Part shown: piece by piece, positions 5,961-6,699 of the stretch | How positions within the stretch are numbered: the first letter of the stretch is position 1 | How the letters are laid out: each line of letters opens with the position of its first letter | IMG/VR virus record: IMGVR_UViG_2529292716_000007 | Strand: one strand, 5' to 3' | Origin: a virus | Taxonomy: Duplodnaviria; Heunggongvirae; Uroviricota; Caudoviricetes | DNA length: 6,699 nucleotides | The notes under the pieces: generated by a model | The model's input: the letters and a program-made list of their open reading frames with translations, nothing else | Told to the model about the DNA's origin: nothing | The model's database searches: none | Made by a program: the position numbers and the translations under genes

Positions 5961-6085
5961 AGCCCTCCGTCATTTTCGACCAGCCATCCAACCTGAATTA
6001 ACGCATCAGCAAAACCAGACATAAAAGTGATGCGATCTATTGCACTTTTTGTAACGCCGCGAGCGTTACAATCTGCATTACCGTC

Positions 6086-6699
6086 TGGATTTGCCCCTAT
6101 ATTTCCAGACATCTGTTATCACTTAACCCATTACAAGCCCGCTGCCGCAGATATTCCCGTGGCGAGCGATAACCCAGCGCACTATGCGGATGCCATTCGT
6201 TATAATGCTCGAACGCCTCTGCAAGGTTCTTTGCTGCCGTTAACCCGTCTGGTTTGGGCATGATACTGATGTAGTCACGCTTTATCGTTTTCACGAAGCT
6301 CTCTGCTATTCCGTTACTCTCCGGACTCCGCACCGCCGTGTTCTTCGGTTCAAGTCCCAACATCCGGGCGAACTGGCGTGTTTCATTAGCCCGGTAGCAT
6401 GAACCATTATCCGTCAGCCACTCCACTGGAGACGACGGAAGATCGTTGCCGAAGCGGCGTTCCACCGCTCCCAGCATGACGTCCTGTACTGTTTCACTGT
6501 TGAAGCCGCCGGTAGTCACCGCCCAGTGCAGTGCCTCACGATCACAGCAGTCCAGCGCGAACGTGACACGCAGTCTCTCTCCGTTATCACAGCAGAACTC
6601 GAACCCGTCAGAGCACCATCGCTGATTGCTTTCTTTCACGGCCACTCTGCCTGTATGTGCCCGTTTCGATGGCGGTACAGCAGGTTTTCGCTCAAGCAA
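6086..6699 (-). mobile_element. IS2 (IS3 family), right-end portion; element continues beyond the window
   Basis: Plus strand from 6086 reads TGGATTTGCCCCTATATTTCCAGACATCTGTTATCACTTAACCC, the reverse complement of the IS2 right terminus (...GATGTCTGGAAATATAGGGGCAAATCCA) as I recall it, followed by the InsD coding region. Confidence 0.9.
6097..6699 (-). CDS. insD: IS2 transposase InsD (OrfB), 5'-partial at the window edge
   Basis: ORF product ...[31 protein letters not shown]...[31 protein letters not shown] matches the IS2 InsD C-terminal region from memory; stop at 6097-6099. Confidence 0.9.

Larger units (their letters stand above)
5425..6085 (-). pseudogene. Phage replication initiator (YdaU/O-like), disrupted: 5' end removed by IS2 and coding frame broken twice
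   Basis: Protein-like reading requires three minus-strand frames in succession: 6085-5891 (…ALIQVGWLVENDGGLSLPNFERHNGKSSKK, stop at 5888-5890), 5918-5763 (KKRAVTNERVTKIRELKRKGNAASVTQTDQKALP-(E)14-DLNTDLP) and 5760-5428 (…FEPEAIELPDWLPETLWHEWVRFRQALRKPIRTEQ…PPGFRG, stop at 5425-5427). Frame changes coincide with homopolymers (T8 at 5913-5920; G5 at 5753-5757). The upstream end runs into the IS2 terminus at 6086. Confidence 0.6.

Noticed and set aside
5888-6112. 74-aa minus-strand ORF from the track treated as an independent gene
   Set aside because: Its ATG and first nine codons lie inside the IS2 terminus, and it stops at a frameshift point within the initiator gene. It is a junction artefact of the IS2 insertion (kept as a finding, not as a CDS).
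6027-6263. 78-aa plus-strand ORF across the IS2 junction
   Set aside because: It is antisense to IS2 InsD and the IS2 terminus, with no supporting signals.
1-6699. Scan for CRISPR arrays, tRNA or rRNA genes
   Set aside because: No array of regularly spaced direct repeats and no tRNA-like T-loop or cloverleaf signature was seen. The only tandem repeat is the hexanucleotide microsatellite.

Overview
This window reads as a degraded lambdoid (Rac-like) prophage fragment from an IS-rich Escherichia/Shigella-type genome, with every host-derived gene on the minus strand. All calls rest on reading the sequence and ORF track and on recalled family motifs; no database search was run. Left to right: the C-terminal fragment of a lambda-type tyrosine integrase (1-457), cut off by a complete 1264-bp IS600 (458-1721); a phage ORF truncated by the other IS600 end; a coupled 95-aa ORF; a complete hok/mok type I toxin locus; a 228-aa cysteine-rich protein that I tentatively assign to the QueH/DUF208 family; two small coupled ORFs (a zinc-ribbon/coiled-coil protein and a winged-helix protein); a DnaC-like helicase loader (YdaV-like); a disrupted replication-initiator gene with a poly-Glu microsatellite and iteron-like repeats; and the right end of an IS2 (6086-6699) that decapitates the initiator. 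No tRNA, rRNA or CRISPR array was seen. The most interesting candidates are the uncharacterised three-gene block at 2987-4657 and the origin-like repeat cluster inside the initiator gene.
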